Below are positions 18,290 to 28,083 of a DNA stretch of 64,000 nt, piece after piece; within the stretch, counting starts at the first letter, position 1; each line of letters begins with the position of its first letter. The notes under the pieces are model-generated. The model was given only the letters and a program-made list of their open reading frames with translations. It ran no database searches and was not told the DNA's origin. Source of the stretch: Christensenellaceae bacterium Phil1 (GTDB taxonomy: Bacteria > Actinomycetota > Coriobacteriia > Coriobacteriales > Eggerthellaceae); contig CAVBGJ010000007.1 in assembly GCA_963595065.1 (NCBI GenBank), positions 26,746 through 90,745 on the forward strand, read 5' to 3'. The position numbers and the translations under genes are program-made.

Positions 18290-19363
18290 CTACCCTTGCA
18301 GGCGCGCGTACTCGGAGCGCTGCCATTGGGTGGGTTCGCGGTTCAGCAGGCCCAGGGCGTTATCGTACATCTGGGCAAGCAGGGCTTCGCGCTGATCTGC
18401 CGTTTCGCAGCCCAGCACTTCCAGCAGCTTCTGTGCGGTGAACACCACATGGGCAGGGCCGCAGTCCACCCCGCGCATGGGCTCGGGCGTCATGTACGGG
18501 CTGTCGGTTTCGGTAAGCAGGCGGGCATGCGGCACCTTCACGGCAGCGGCGCGTACCTCGTCGGCCTTCTTGAAGGTGATGGGGCCGCCATAGGCGATGT
18601 AGCAGCCATGCTGCGCCCACGGCTCCAACGCCTGTTCGTCCAGGTTGAAGCAATGCAGCAGCACGCCCGCCTCGGGAAAGCCCTCTTCCTCCAAGATGGC
18701 CAAACCTTCATCGTGCGCCTCGCGCATGTGCAGGATAAGCGGCAGGCCCGCAAGCTTCGCCAGCTGGATTTGCCGGCGGAACACCCCGCGCTGCGCTGCT
18801 CGGGGCGAAAGGTCGTAGTGATAATCCAGCCCCACTTCGCCCAAGGCGCACACCCGCGGGTCGGCCAGGCGGCGCAGCATCAGGCACTCCATGCGCGTAT
18901 CCCACAGGCGGGCATTGTGCGGATGCACACCCACCGCAATGCGCAGCTGCGGAATGCGGGGCGAGTATTCGCCCAAGCCAGCGGCATCAAGCTCGGCACG
19001 CGCGCCGGAAGCCCACTGCTCCAGCTGCTCGAAGGTGGGCTGGGAGCCGTCGTAGCCGGGTTGGAATGCGCCCTGCTCAGCAGGCTCGCCTTCCGCACCA
19101 TCTTCGCCTTCACCCAAGCCATCGGCAGGGTCGCACATGGCGCACACGAAACGCACGTTGCGGTAGGCGCATCGAGCCAGCTCGGCGGCGGGGTTCTTCA
19201 GCATCTGCAGGTGCGCGTGCGTGTCGGCTACCGGGCCCTCAAGCACGGGCGCTTCAACCTCGCGGTACTTGTGGTGCTTGCGCTTCTGGAAAAAGGAAAC
19301 GCTGAACGCCCCCTCCTCGACGAAGGCGGCGTTCAGCGATTGATCCTGGGCTTCGGTTGGCAT
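18290..19363 (-). CDS. tatD: TatD family hydrolase
   Basis: DTHAHL, GVHPH, GEVGLDY, LHCF, ETDSPY. Confidence 0.92.
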   Translation of the reverse strand: MPTEAQDQSLNAAFVEEGAFSVSFFQKRKHHKYREVEAPVLEGPVADTHAHLQMLKNPAAELARCAYRNVRFVCAMCDPADGLGEGEDGAEGEPAEQGAFQPGYDGSQPTFEQLEQWASGARAELDAAGLGEYSPRIPQLRIAVGVHPHNARLWDTRMECLMLRRLADPRVCALGEVGLDYHYDLSPRAAQRGVFRRQIQLAKLAGLPLILHMREAHDEGLAILEEEGFPEAGVLLHCFNLDEQALEPWAQHGCYIAYGGPITFKKADEVRAAAVKVPHARLLTETDSPYMTPEPMRGVDCGPAHVVFTAQKLLEVLGCETADQREALLAQMYDNALGLLNREPTQWQRSEYARLQG

Positions 19364-19380
19364 CCGACAGGCCGTTTCGG

Positions 19381-20967
19381 CTACTCGATGGAAAGGTCGA
19401 TAGCGTCCGCGTCCAGGCGGGGGAACAGCGGGTCGCCCACGGAAACGGCGCTGCCGGCCTGAAGCTGGCCCCAGGCGGTTGCGCCCTCGATGTCGGTGAC
19501 GGCGGTGATGTCGCCCAGGCTCAGGCGACGGAACACCTCGGCAGAGGTGCGGGGCATGAACGGCGCCATGTACAGCGCGATGATGCGGATGGCCTCCAGC
19601 GCGTTGTAGATAACGGCAGCCAGCTCACCTGCGGTTTCCTCGCTCTTGGCCAGGTTCCACGGAGCCGATTCCTCCACGTACAGGTTCACGCGGCCGGCAA
19701 GCTTCTGCACCGCGGCGGCAGTACCGGTGAAGTCGACCTTGGCCATGCAGGCATCGTATTCGGCGTACAGCTCGTCGGAGATCTGGCGCAGCGGGTTCTG
19801 CTCGGCGCCGGCGGGGGCGGCGGGAACCTTGCCCTCGAAGTACTTCTTGGTCATGTTGAACACACGGCTGCACAGGTTGCCCCAGGTGTTCGCCAAATCG
19901 GCGTTGTACACCTGCACCATGCGCTCGATGGAGATGGAACCGTCGTGGCCGAACTGCACGTCGGAAAGGAAGTAGTAGCGGTAAGCGTCCACGCCGAAGG
20001 CACGTACCAGGTCGGCGGGCTTCACCGCGTTGCCCTTCGACTTCGACATCTTCTCGCCCTTGGTAAGCAGGAAGCCATGACCGAACACGGTGTGGGTAAC
20101 GGGCAGACCAGCCGCCATGAGCATGGCCGGCCAGATAACGCAGTGGAAGCGCGTGATGTCCTTGCCCACGAAGTGGTACTGCATGGGCCAGCGCTGCACG
20201 AACTCGCCTTCGCGCTCGGGGTCGCCGTAGCCGATGCCGGTGAAGTACGCCAGCAGGGCGTCGGCCCATACGTAGGCCACGTGGCCCTCGTCGAACGGCA
20301 GCGGAACGCCCCAGTCGAACGTGGAACGGGAAATGGAAAGGTCCTTCAGGCCGCTCTTCACGAACTGCACGATCTCGTTCTTGCGGGTTTCGGGACGGAT
20401 GAACTCGGGGTTCTCCTCGTAGAACTTCAGCAGCGGCTCCTGGAACTCGGAGAGCTTGAAGAACCAGTTCTCTTCGCCGCTGGCCTTCTGCACCGGGCGC
20501 TTGCAGTCGGGGCACACGAACTCGCCTTCGTCGTTCTTCAGAAGGTCGCTTTCGTTGTAGTAGGTTTCCTCGTGCACGCAGTACCAGCCCTCGTACGAGC
20601 CCTTATAGCAGTAGCCCTTGTCGAAAAGGTCCTGCCAGAACTTCTTCACCGTGCGGGCATGGCGCGGCTCGGTGGTGCGCACGAAGTCGGTGTAGGTGAT
20701 GTCGAGCATGTCCCAGCAATCGCGGAAGGCGGGCTCCATGGAATCGCACCAGTCCTGCGGGGTCATGCCCTTGGTTGCGGCGGTGTCGGCAACCTTCTGG
20801 CCGTGCTCGTCCATGCCGGTGACGAAGGCCACATCGTAGCCGTTCATGCGCTGGTAGCGCGCAACCGCGTCGGCCGAAACCGTGGTGTAGGCAGTGCCCA
20901 GGTGCGGCGCCGCGTTTACGTAGTAGATGGGAGTGGTAAAGGAATAGGTTCCCTTGCTCATGCTCAT
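19381..20967 (-). CDS. metG: Methionine--tRNA ligase
   Basis: TTPIYYVNAAPHLG, KMSKS; start set at MSMSK after RBS. Confidence 0.97.
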   Translation of the reverse strand: MSMSKGTYSFTTPIYYVNAAPHLGTAYTTVSADAVARYQRMNGYDVAFVTGMDEHGQKVADTAATKGMTPQDWCDSMEPAFRDCWDMLDITYTDFVRTTEPRHARTVKKFWQDLFDKGYCYKGSYEGWYCVHEETYYNESDLLKNDEGEFVCPDCKRPVQKASGEENWFFKLSEFQEPLLKFYEENPEFIRPETRKNEIVQFVKSGLKDLSISRSTFDWGVPLPFDEGHVAYVWADALLAYFTGIGYGDPEREGEFVQRWPMQYHFVGKDITRFHCVIWPAMLMAAGLPVTHTVFGHGFLLTKGEKMSKSKGNAVKPADLVRAFGVDAYRYYFLSDVQFGHDGSISIERMVQVYNADLANTWGNLCSRVFNMTKKYFEGKVPAAPAGAEQNPLRQISDELYAEYDACMAKVDFTGTAAAVQKLAGRVNLYVEESAPWNLAKSEETAGELAAVIYNALEAIRIIALYMAPFMPRTSAEVFRRLSLGDITAVTDIEGATAWGQLQAGSAVSVGDPLFPRLDADAIDLSIE

Positions 20968-21102
20968 GCTCTCTTCCTTGGCGGAAACGACCGATGATAT
21001 CGCCCGCCTGTTGAATGGATGAATCTTAGTGGTGCGCCCCGCGAAAAGCTGTTGGGGCATACGGTTCGATAGTTTACCACTGGCAGCACGCCAGCCAGCC
21101 CA

Positions 21103-21546
21103 CTACGCCAAGCGTCCCTGCAGTTCCTTGGCAGCGGCGGCCTTGTCGAAGTTGCCGCCGGTCTTCTGGGTAAGCGCGCCCATAACCTTGCCCATCTCCT
21201 TCTTGGTGGATGCGCCGGTTTCGGCCAGCACGGCGTCGATAAGGGCGGTTAGCTCCTCACCGGAAACCTGCTTGGGAAGGTAGCCCTCCAGGATCTCCAC
21301 CTGGGCGGCAAGCGTGTCGGTGCGCTCCTGGTCGTTGCCGGCCTTGATGGAGCCGTCCAGCGTTTCCTTGGTCTGCTTGATGGTGCGCTTCAGCATGGCG
21401 TCCACATCGGCCGTGGTGATCTCGCGGCGCTCGTTCACCTCGATGTTCTTCACCTCGCCCAGAACCTGGCGAAGGATGCCCAGGCGGGGCTTGTCCTTGG
21501 CCTTCATGGCGTTCTTTATCTCTTCGCGCAGCTCGTCGTAGTTCAC
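21103..21546 (-). CDS. GatB/YqeY domain protein
   Basis: IKNAMKAKDK..LR, YLPKQ, KEMGKVMG; GTG start after AAGGAGG. Confidence 0.9.
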   Translation of the reverse strand: MNYDELREEIKNAMKAKDKPRLGILRQVLGEVKNIEVNERREITTADVDAMLKRTIKQTKETLDGSIKAGNDQERTDTLAAQVEILEGYLPKQVSGEELTALIDAVLAETGASTKKEMGKVMGALTQKTGGNFDKAAAAKELQGRLA

Positions 21547-21787
21547 GTTCGTTCCTCCTTGGTTGCTTGGCAGCTGAATGCCTGGATGCATTCGTTGTCC
21601 CCGATACCGTACCACGCCAACATGGAGCTGCGCTGAAGGGCGCACGGGGCAGAATCCATGGCAAACCCATAGAGAAAGCGGGTTGAACGGGTTCGCCGGT
21701 TATAGAATAGGAACATTCATCACCTAACCGAACAACTTGCTTTGCCGCGCACCCCTCCGTGCGCGCTTGCGCATGGGAAGGAACACC

Positions 21788-23191
21788 TTGAAGCCGAGCG
21801 AGCGCTGGTACGCATTCTTCAACAAGAACATCCCCAACATCATCCTTCGTCTTTGCGTGTTGGGCGCCGGCTTCTTCTCCATGGCAATGGCCATAGCCAT
21901 CTCGCGCACCACGGGGCTGGGCACCTCGCCCATCTCGTGCTTGCCGGCAACGCTTTCCTACTTCACGCCGCTTACCATCGGCACGGGCACCTTCGTGATG
22001 AACTGCTGCTTTCTGCTTCTGCAGGTAATCCTGCTGCGCCGCGACTTCAATCCCGTGCAGGTGCTGCAGGTCCCCTTCGTATTCTTGTTCAGCGCCATCA
22101 TCGACCTGTGCGTGCCGGTGGCCGAGCTTATCCCCATGCCGAACTACCCCGTCCAGCTTGCCTGGAACATTGCCAGCTGCTTCCTTATCTCGTTCGGCGT
22201 GTTCCTGCAGGTGAAGGCCGCTTTCATCACGCTGCCGGGCGAAGGCTTGGTGCTGGCCGTTTCCCGCACGGTGAAGCAGCCGTTCCCCAAGTGCAAGATC
22301 GCCTTCGACACCACCATGGTCGTTATCTCGGTGGTGCTCTCGTTTGCCGCGATGGGGGCGCTCAACGGCGTGCGCGAGGGAACCATCATCACCGCGCTGA
22401 CCGCCGGCGCCATTGTGGGGCTGTTCAACCGCCTTATGCCCAACTTCGATCGCTTCTGCCCCGTTGAAGGGCACATCAGTTTCGTTATCGGGGTTTCCAT
22501 GGGCGAAGACGACCAGCCCGCGCCAAAGCCCCCGAAGTCGGGCGAGCAGCCGCTGGTCATCGCCATCGAGCGCCAATACGGCTCGGGCGGGCGCATGATA
22601 GGCCAAGCCGTGGGCAAGGAGCTGGGCATCCCCGTGTTCGACCACACCCTCATCGACCTCACCGCGAAGGAATCGGGCTTCCCGCCCGCCTACGTGGCCA
22701 ACCACGAGCAGGAGGTGCGCCGCGGCCTGCTGTACAACCTGTACATGCAGAACTACCAGCACGTGGGCGCCGAGCCCGAGAAGATGGACGGGGTCTGGCT
22801 GGCCCAGGCGCGCGCCATCACCAAGCTGGCCGACGACGGCGCCTGTGTTATCGTGGGCCGTTGCGCCGGGCCCATCCTGCGCGGCCGCAAGAACGTGCTT
22901 TCCGTTTTCGTGCATGCGCCGCTTGAGGCGCGCATCGCCCACGTGATGAAGCGCGAGCATATCGCCCGCAATGAAGCCGCCGCCCGCATCGACACCATCG
23001 ACCGCGAGCGCGCCGAGCACAGTCTGCGGTTCGCCGATGTAGCATGGGACGCGCCCGAGGGGCATCACCTCTCCATCGACTCCAGCCTGGAGGGCCCCGC
23101 CGACACGGCAACGCTCATAGCCCAGTTCGCACGGCGCGCCTTCCCCGACGCACCGCTTTCCCCCTGCCCCAAGAAGCCCAGCGCAAACTAG
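21788..23191 (+). CDS. YitT/DUF6198-like membrane protein fused to cytidylate-kinase-like domain
   Basis: GLGTSPIS and GVREGT membrane motifs, then IERQYGSGGR, CVIVGRC; TTG start inferred. Confidence 0.8.
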   Translation: MKPSERWYAFFNKNIPNIILRLCVLGAGFFSMAMAIAISRTTGLGTSPISCLPATLSYFTPLTIGTGTFVMNCCFLLLQVILLRRDFNPVQVLQVPFVFLFSAIIDLCVPVAELIPMPNYPVQLAWNIASCFLISFGVFLQVKAAFITLPGEGLVLAVSRTVKQPFPKCKIAFDTTMVVISVVLSFAAMGALNGVREGTIITALTAGAIVGLFNRLMPNFDRFCPVEGHISFVIGVSMGEDDQPAPKPPKSGEQPLVIAIERQYGSGGRMIGQAVGKELGIPVFDHTLIDLTAKESGFPPAYVANHEQEVRRGLLYNLYMQNYQHVGAEPEKMDGVWLAQARAITKLADDGACVIVGRCAGPILRGRKNVLSVFVHAPLEARIAHVMKREHIARNEAAARIDTIDRERAEHSLRFADVAWDAPEGHHLSIDSSLEGPADTATLIAQFARRAFPDAPLSPCPKKPSAN

Positions 23192-23375
23192 CGGCAGTGG
23201 GGGAGCAAGGCCGACCGCGGGCGGTGAAGCTCGGCCCCTGCCGCCCGGGCCGCCGCCGAGCACGGCACCCGCAGCCGCCCCAACGCCCTTCGCCCGCACG
23301 GCAACCCCCCATCGGCCGCCCCGCACCGGCCTACCGAAGCAAGCAACCGATCCCGTCTAGAAAGGCCTCCCTCCC

Positions 23376-24776
23376 TTGAGATTCACCCAATCCTGGCATG
23401 CGTTCTTCGACCGCAAAGTGCCCAACGTGGTACTGCGCCTGCTGGTTATGCTGGCCGGCGTTTCCATCGTTTCCGCTTCCGTGGCGCTTACCCGTGCAAC
23501 GGGGCTGGGCACTTCGCCCGTGTCGTGCTTCCCGGCAGCGCTTTCCTACCTAACGCCGCTTTCCACCGGCGTGTGGACCTTCATCCTGAACGTGCTGTTC
23601 GTGCTCATCCAGATAGCCCTGTTGCGGCGCGACTTCAACCCCGTGCAGCTGCTGCAGATTCCCTACGTGTTCGTGTTCTCGGCGCTTATCGACGTGTTCG
23701 TGCCGCCGTGCGAGCTTATTCCCATGGGTAACTACGGCCTGCAGCTACTGTGGAGCGTGGTGGGCTGCTTCATGACGGCGTTCGGCGTGTTCCTGCAGGT
23801 GAAGGCAAGCTTCCTCACCCTTCCCGGCGAGGGCATCATCCTTGCCATATCGCGCGTTACCAAAATCGCGTTCCCCAAGATCAAGGTTGCATTCGACAGC
23901 ACGAACGTGGTGGTTGCGGCCGTTGTTTCACTGGCACTTTCCGGAGCGCTGAACGGCGTGCGCGAAGGCACCATCCTGGCGGCGCTGGCGGTTGGCACCA
24001 TCGTGGGTCTGTTCAACAAGGCGCTTCCCCACTTCGAGCACTTCTGCCCGGTGCAGGGCCACATCACCCTTACCGCCGCCGGCATGGATGCGCCCGTTGA
24101 ATCCGACGAGCCGAAGAGCGAAGGCGAGGCCACCCCGCTGGTTATCACCATCGGCCGCCAGTTCGGCTCGGGCGGCCGCGAGATCGGCCAGGCCGTGGGC
24201 AAGGAGCTGGGCATCCCCGTGTTCGACCACACGCTCATCGAGCTGACGGCCGAGGAATCGGGCCTTACGCGCGGCTACATCGCGGCGCACGAGCAGGAGG
24301 TGCGCGGCGGCCTGCTGTACAACCTGTACATGCAGAGCTTCCAGCGCTTCGGCTCCGATGCCCAGGACATCGACCCCATCTGGCTGGCCCAGGCGCGCGC
24401 CATCACCAAGCTGGCCGATGCGGGCAGCTGCGTTATCGTGGGCCGTTGCGCCAACTTCATCTTGAAGGGCCGCAGCAACGTCTTCGACGTGTTCATCCAT
24501 GCTCCCCTGGTGCCGCGCATCGGGCGCGTTATGGATCGCGAGGGCGTAGACCATATGAAGGCGGCCGAGGACATAAAGCGCATCGATACCGAGCGCGCCG
24601 AACACTGCCGCTACTTCGCCGGCAAGGAATGGGGCGCCTCCGAGAACTACCAGCTTTCGCTTGACTCCTCGTTCCAGCCCGCCGCGGAGAACGCGAAGCT
24701 CATCGCCAGCCTTGCGCGCAAGGCGTTCCCCAACGCGCCGCTTACGCCCAACCCCGAAAAGCCGAAGGCGAAGTAA
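23376..24776 (+). CDS. Tandem paralog of the YitT/DUF6198 plus cytidylate-kinase-like fusion
   Basis: Same architecture: GLGTSPVS, GVREGT, IGRQFGSGGR. Confidence 0.8.
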   Translation: MRFTQSWHAFFDRKVPNVVLRLLVMLAGVSIVSASVALTRATGLGTSPVSCFPAALSYLTPLSTGVWTFILNVLFVLIQIALLRRDFNPVQLLQIPYVFVFSALIDVFVPPCELIPMGNYGLQLLWSVVGCFMTAFGVFLQVKASFLTLPGEGIILAISRVTKIAFPKIKVAFDSTNVVVAAVVSLALSGALNGVREGTILAALAVGTIVGLFNKALPHFEHFCPVQGHITLTAAGMDAPVESDEPKSEGEATPLVITIGRQFGSGGREIGQAVGKELGIPVFDHTLIELTAEESGLTRGYIAAHEQEVRGGLLYNLYMQSFQRFGSDAQDIDPIWLAQARAITKLADAGSCVIVGRCANFILKGRSNVFDVFIHAPLVPRIGRVMDREGVDHMKAAEDIKRIDTERAEHCRYFAGKEWGASENYQLSLDSSFQPAAENAKLIASLARKAFPNAPLTPNPEKPKAK

Positions 24777-24845
24777 CGCAGAAGCCCCGCAAACTTGGCG
24801 GTTCGTATATCATCAGAGCCGAACGAATTGAAAGGAACGCGAAAG

Positions 24846-26342
24846 ATGACCGACCAGCAAAAGCCCGTCCGCGTACGCTTCGCCCCCTCGCCCACCGGCG
24901 AGCTGCACATCGGCGGCGCACGCACCGCAATCTTCAACTGGGCGTTCGCCCGTGCAACGGGCGGCACCTTCATCCTGCGCATCGAGGATACCGACCCCGA
25001 GCGCTCCACGGAAGAGAACAAGCAGGTTATCCTCCGCGGCATGCGCGGCCTTGGCCTGAACTGGGACGAAGGCCCCGAGGTGGGCGGCGAGTACGGCCCC
25101 TACCTGCAAACGCAGCGCTTCGACACCTACACCGCCGCGCTGGAGCGCCTGAAGGAAAAGGGCGCGGTGTACCCCTGCTTCTGCACCAAAGAGGAAATCG
25201 ATGCCAAGCGCGCCGCCGCCGAGGAAAGCGAAGGCGGCTATTCCGGTTACGACCGCACCTGCCGCTGCATCCCCGCAGAGGAAGCGCAGCGCCGCATCGA
25301 CGCCGGCGAGCCGCACGTATGGCGCCTGAAGGTTCCCGAGAACCACGGCCCCATCGAGTTCGACGACGCGGTGTACGGCCACATGAGTTTCCCCGCCGAC
25401 GTTATGGACGACATGATCTTGGTGCGCACCGACGGCACCCCCACCTACAACTTCGCTGTGGTGTGCGACGACACCAACATGGCCATAACCCACGTTATCC
25501 GCGGCGACGACCATCTTTCCAACACCCCGCGCCAGATCCTTATCTACGAGGCATTGGGCTATGAGGTTCCCACTTTCGCGCACCTTTCCATGATCCTGGG
25601 CTCCGATGGGCGCAAGCTTTCCAAGCGCCGCAACGCCACCAGCGTGGAGCAGTACCTGAAGATGGGCTACCTGCCCGATGCGCTGGTGAACTTCCTTGCG
25701 CTTCTGGGTTGGAGCCTGGACGGTGACACCACCATCATCCCGCGCGACGTGCTGTGCCAGAACTTCAGTCTGGACCGCATCACCAAGAAAGACGCCATCC
25801 TGGACGAGACCAAACTGGACTGGATGAATGGCGAGTACATCAAGGCCATGGGCGCCGGCGCCTGGGTCGATGCCGTGGCACCGTTCCTGGTGGAGGCCGG
25901 CCTTGCCACCGAGGAAGACATCGCCGCGCGCCACGACTGGTACGAGAAGCTGTACCCGCTGGTTGCCGAGCGCATGAAGCGCCTTACCGAGGCGCCCGAG
26001 AAGCTGGCGTTCATCTTCGCCGGCGATAGCGTCGAGCTGGACGAGAAGTCGGTGCAGAAGAACCTGTTGAAGGAAGGCTGCCGCGCCGACGAGGTTCTGG
26101 CGGAAGTGCGCGCCATCCTGGCCGACGAGAGCATTCCCTGGGAATGCGACCCGCTGCAAGATACGGTTGCCGAGCTGGCAGAGAAGCTGGATTTGAAGAA
26201 GAAGCTCATCTTCCAGCCCATCCGCGTTGCCATCACCGGATCGCAGGTTTCGCCGCCGCTGTTCGAGTCCATCGAGCTGATGGACCGCGCCACCGTGGTT
26301 GCCCGCCTGGACAATTCCATCGCAAAGGTGTTCGGTGCCTAA
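24846..26342 (+). CDS. gltX: Glutamate--tRNA ligase
   Basis: VRVRFAPSPTG, HIGG, KLSKR. Confidence 0.97.
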   Translation: MTDQQKPVRVRFAPSPTGELHIGGARTAIFNWAFARATGGTFILRIEDTDPERSTEENKQVILRGMRGLGLNWDEGPEVGGEYGPYLQTQRFDTYTAALERLKEKGAVYPCFCTKEEIDAKRAAAEESEGGYSGYDRTCRCIPAEEAQRRIDAGEPHVWRLKVPENHGPIEFDDAVYGHMSFPADVMDDMILVRTDGTPTYNFAVVCDDTNMAITHVIRGDDHLSNTPRQILIYEALGYEVPTFAHLSMILGSDGRKLSKRRNATSVEQYLKMGYLPDALVNFLALLGWSLDGDTTIIPRDVLCQNFSLDRITKKDAILDETKLDWMNGEYIKAMGAGAWVDAVAPFLVEAGLATEEDIAARHDWYEKLYPLVAERMKRLTEAPEKLAFIFAGDSVELDEKSVQKNLLKEGCRADEVLAEVRAILADESIPWECDPLQDTVAELAEKLDLKKKLIFQPIRVAITGSQVSPPLFESIELMDRATVVARLDNSIAKVFGA

Positions 26343-27852
26343 CGCACCCGAACAATCCGCTTTCCCCAACGCCGCCTGCGCCACCCGCACAGGCGGCGTT
26401 GATTCGCTTGCGCCCGAAACCGGGCTGACGTTCGACGCCCAAACGGAAGAAGAGCTGATAGAGCAGATCGTTGCCGCGGCGAAGCAGATGGAAGAGGGCG
26501 AGGGTTCGCCGGGTGGCGAAGGAGCGGCCATTGGCAACAACGGGGGCGTGCCCGCTTACGATGAGAGTACGGCTGGCGAGAACGCTGCTGTTGCCGGCGA
26601 AAGTGCGGCTGGCGAGGACGCTGCTGCTGGCGAGGGCACGGCTAGCAGCGGTGCGGTGGCCTCCGAGAGCGACGTTTCGCGCTCGGAAATCGGCAACGAC
26701 ACTGCAGGGAATTATGTCCCTGGCGAGTCTAATACCTTGTCAAGCGATGATTCGTACGCGGATCCCGACTCTGCTGCTGAAGCCGCCAACGGCGACACAA
26801 CAGGCGAACCCGAAGAAGATGCCGAGCCCTTCCCCCGCGAGCGCATCGTTGCGCTGCCCTCTTGGTGCACCGCGCCGCGCGGATCCGGCTGCACACGCTG
26901 TGCCGCGGCCTGCCCCGCCGGCGCCATAGCACTCGATAGCGGGGCGCCCGTCATAGACGAAGAGATATGCGCCCGGTGTGGCATATGCGCCGGGGTGTGC
27001 GATGCCTTCGCCTGGGAGCGCTTCACCCTGAAGGACCTGTTCGAGCGTGCCCGCACGGAAGCCGAAGAAGAAGGAAGCGCGTGCTTCACCTGCAACGACC
27101 ACCTGTTCCCCGGCGTGGTTCCACGCAGCAACGTATTCGTGCTGCCCTGCCTTGCCGCCGTGCCGCCGGAGTTCTGGACGGCGCTTCTGGCGGCCGATGT
27201 TCCGGTAAGCCTGTACCTGGATGAAACGTACTGCGAAGGCTGCCCCACTGCAGGAGCCATGGGGCCCGCCCTGTTCACGCACGCGCTGGAGTCGGCGCAA
27301 GACAGCACCGGCAACAGCATCCGCCGCGTGAAGGCGCTCCCCGAGCGCGAGCTGCTGCTTACCGCATGGTCGCACGCCGAGGGGCAAGACCGGCGCGGGA
27401 TGCTTTCCACTCTGTTCCACGAGAGCAAGGAAGTGGCCGACGGAACGCACCGCAAGCGCAACGCCGCTGCGGTGAGCGATTTCCGCGAGAAGCAAGAGCG
27501 CATGCACGCCATGGCGCGCATCAGCAGCGAGGAATCGGCGGGCTCTGCCTGGATGCCCAGCAAGCAGCCGTGGCCCCGCCAAGAGCTTATGGTGCAGGCG
27601 GCGAAAGCCATCCCCGTGCGCGCTGCGCTTATGGAGCGCTACTGTTCCACCACCGACTGCCAGAAGTGCACCGGCGCCCGCGAATGCGTGGAGGCATGCC
27701 CAACCGGCGCACGCACCGCAGCAGCCGACGGCACCTGCCCCGAAGTGGACGCCGCGCTCTGCATAGCCTGCGGCTCCTGCATCGGCAGCTGCCCTGCCGG
27801 CGCCTGCGATTTCACCGCCATAACCGCACAGGCCTACTGCGCCAAGGAATAG
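26335..27852 (+). CDS. 4Fe-4S binding protein with acidic low-complexity N-terminus
   Basis: Several CxxCxxCxxxC(P) motifs; start uncertain. Confidence 0.75.
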   Translation: MPNAPEQSAFPNAACATRTGGVDSLAPETGLTFDAQTEEELIEQIVAAAKQMEEGEGSPGGEGAAIGNNGGVPAYDESTAGENAAVAGESAAGEDAAAGEGTASSGAVASESDVSRSEIGNDTAGNYVPGESNTLSSDDSYADPDSAAEAANGDTTGEPEEDAEPFPRERIVALPSWCTAPRGSGCTRCAAACPAGAIALDSGAPVIDEEICARCGICAGVCDAFAWERFTLKDLFERARTEAEEEGSACFTCNDHLFPGVVPRSNVFVLPCLAAVPPEFWTALLAADVPVSLYLDETYCEGCPTAGAMGPALFTHALESAQDSTGNSIRRVKALPERELLLTAWSHAEGQDRRGMLSTLFHESKEVADGTHRKRNAAAVSDFREKQERMHAMARISSEESAGSAWMPSKQPWPRQELMVQAAKAIPVRAALMERYCSTTDCQKCTGARECVEACPTGARTAAADGTCPEVDAALCIACGSCIGSCPAGACDFTAITAQAYCAKE

Positions 27853-28083
27853 GCTGCCGCCGCCCCTTCCGAACGGCGAAAACCGTCGATGCCGCTCAGC
27901 CCTGGGCTCGGCTGCCGCAAGAGCAGACGATGCAGCACGCTTCCCGCCATCCCAGCCGTCGTCTCAAACAACCCAAACCAAGCCCCACCTTTACGCATCC
28001 GTAACCGTTGAGACTGCAAGCATACTGGCGCGGTAGTATTCTCTGAGCAGTCTGAACACGGCATCTGCGCTGAAAGGAACATC

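Noticed and set aside
21257..23326. Long antisense ORFs (e.g. 689 aa here, 58241-60217, 38693-40639, 2515-3642)
   Set aside because: Shadow ORFs opposite well-supported genes in high-GC DNA, with no recognisable motifs.
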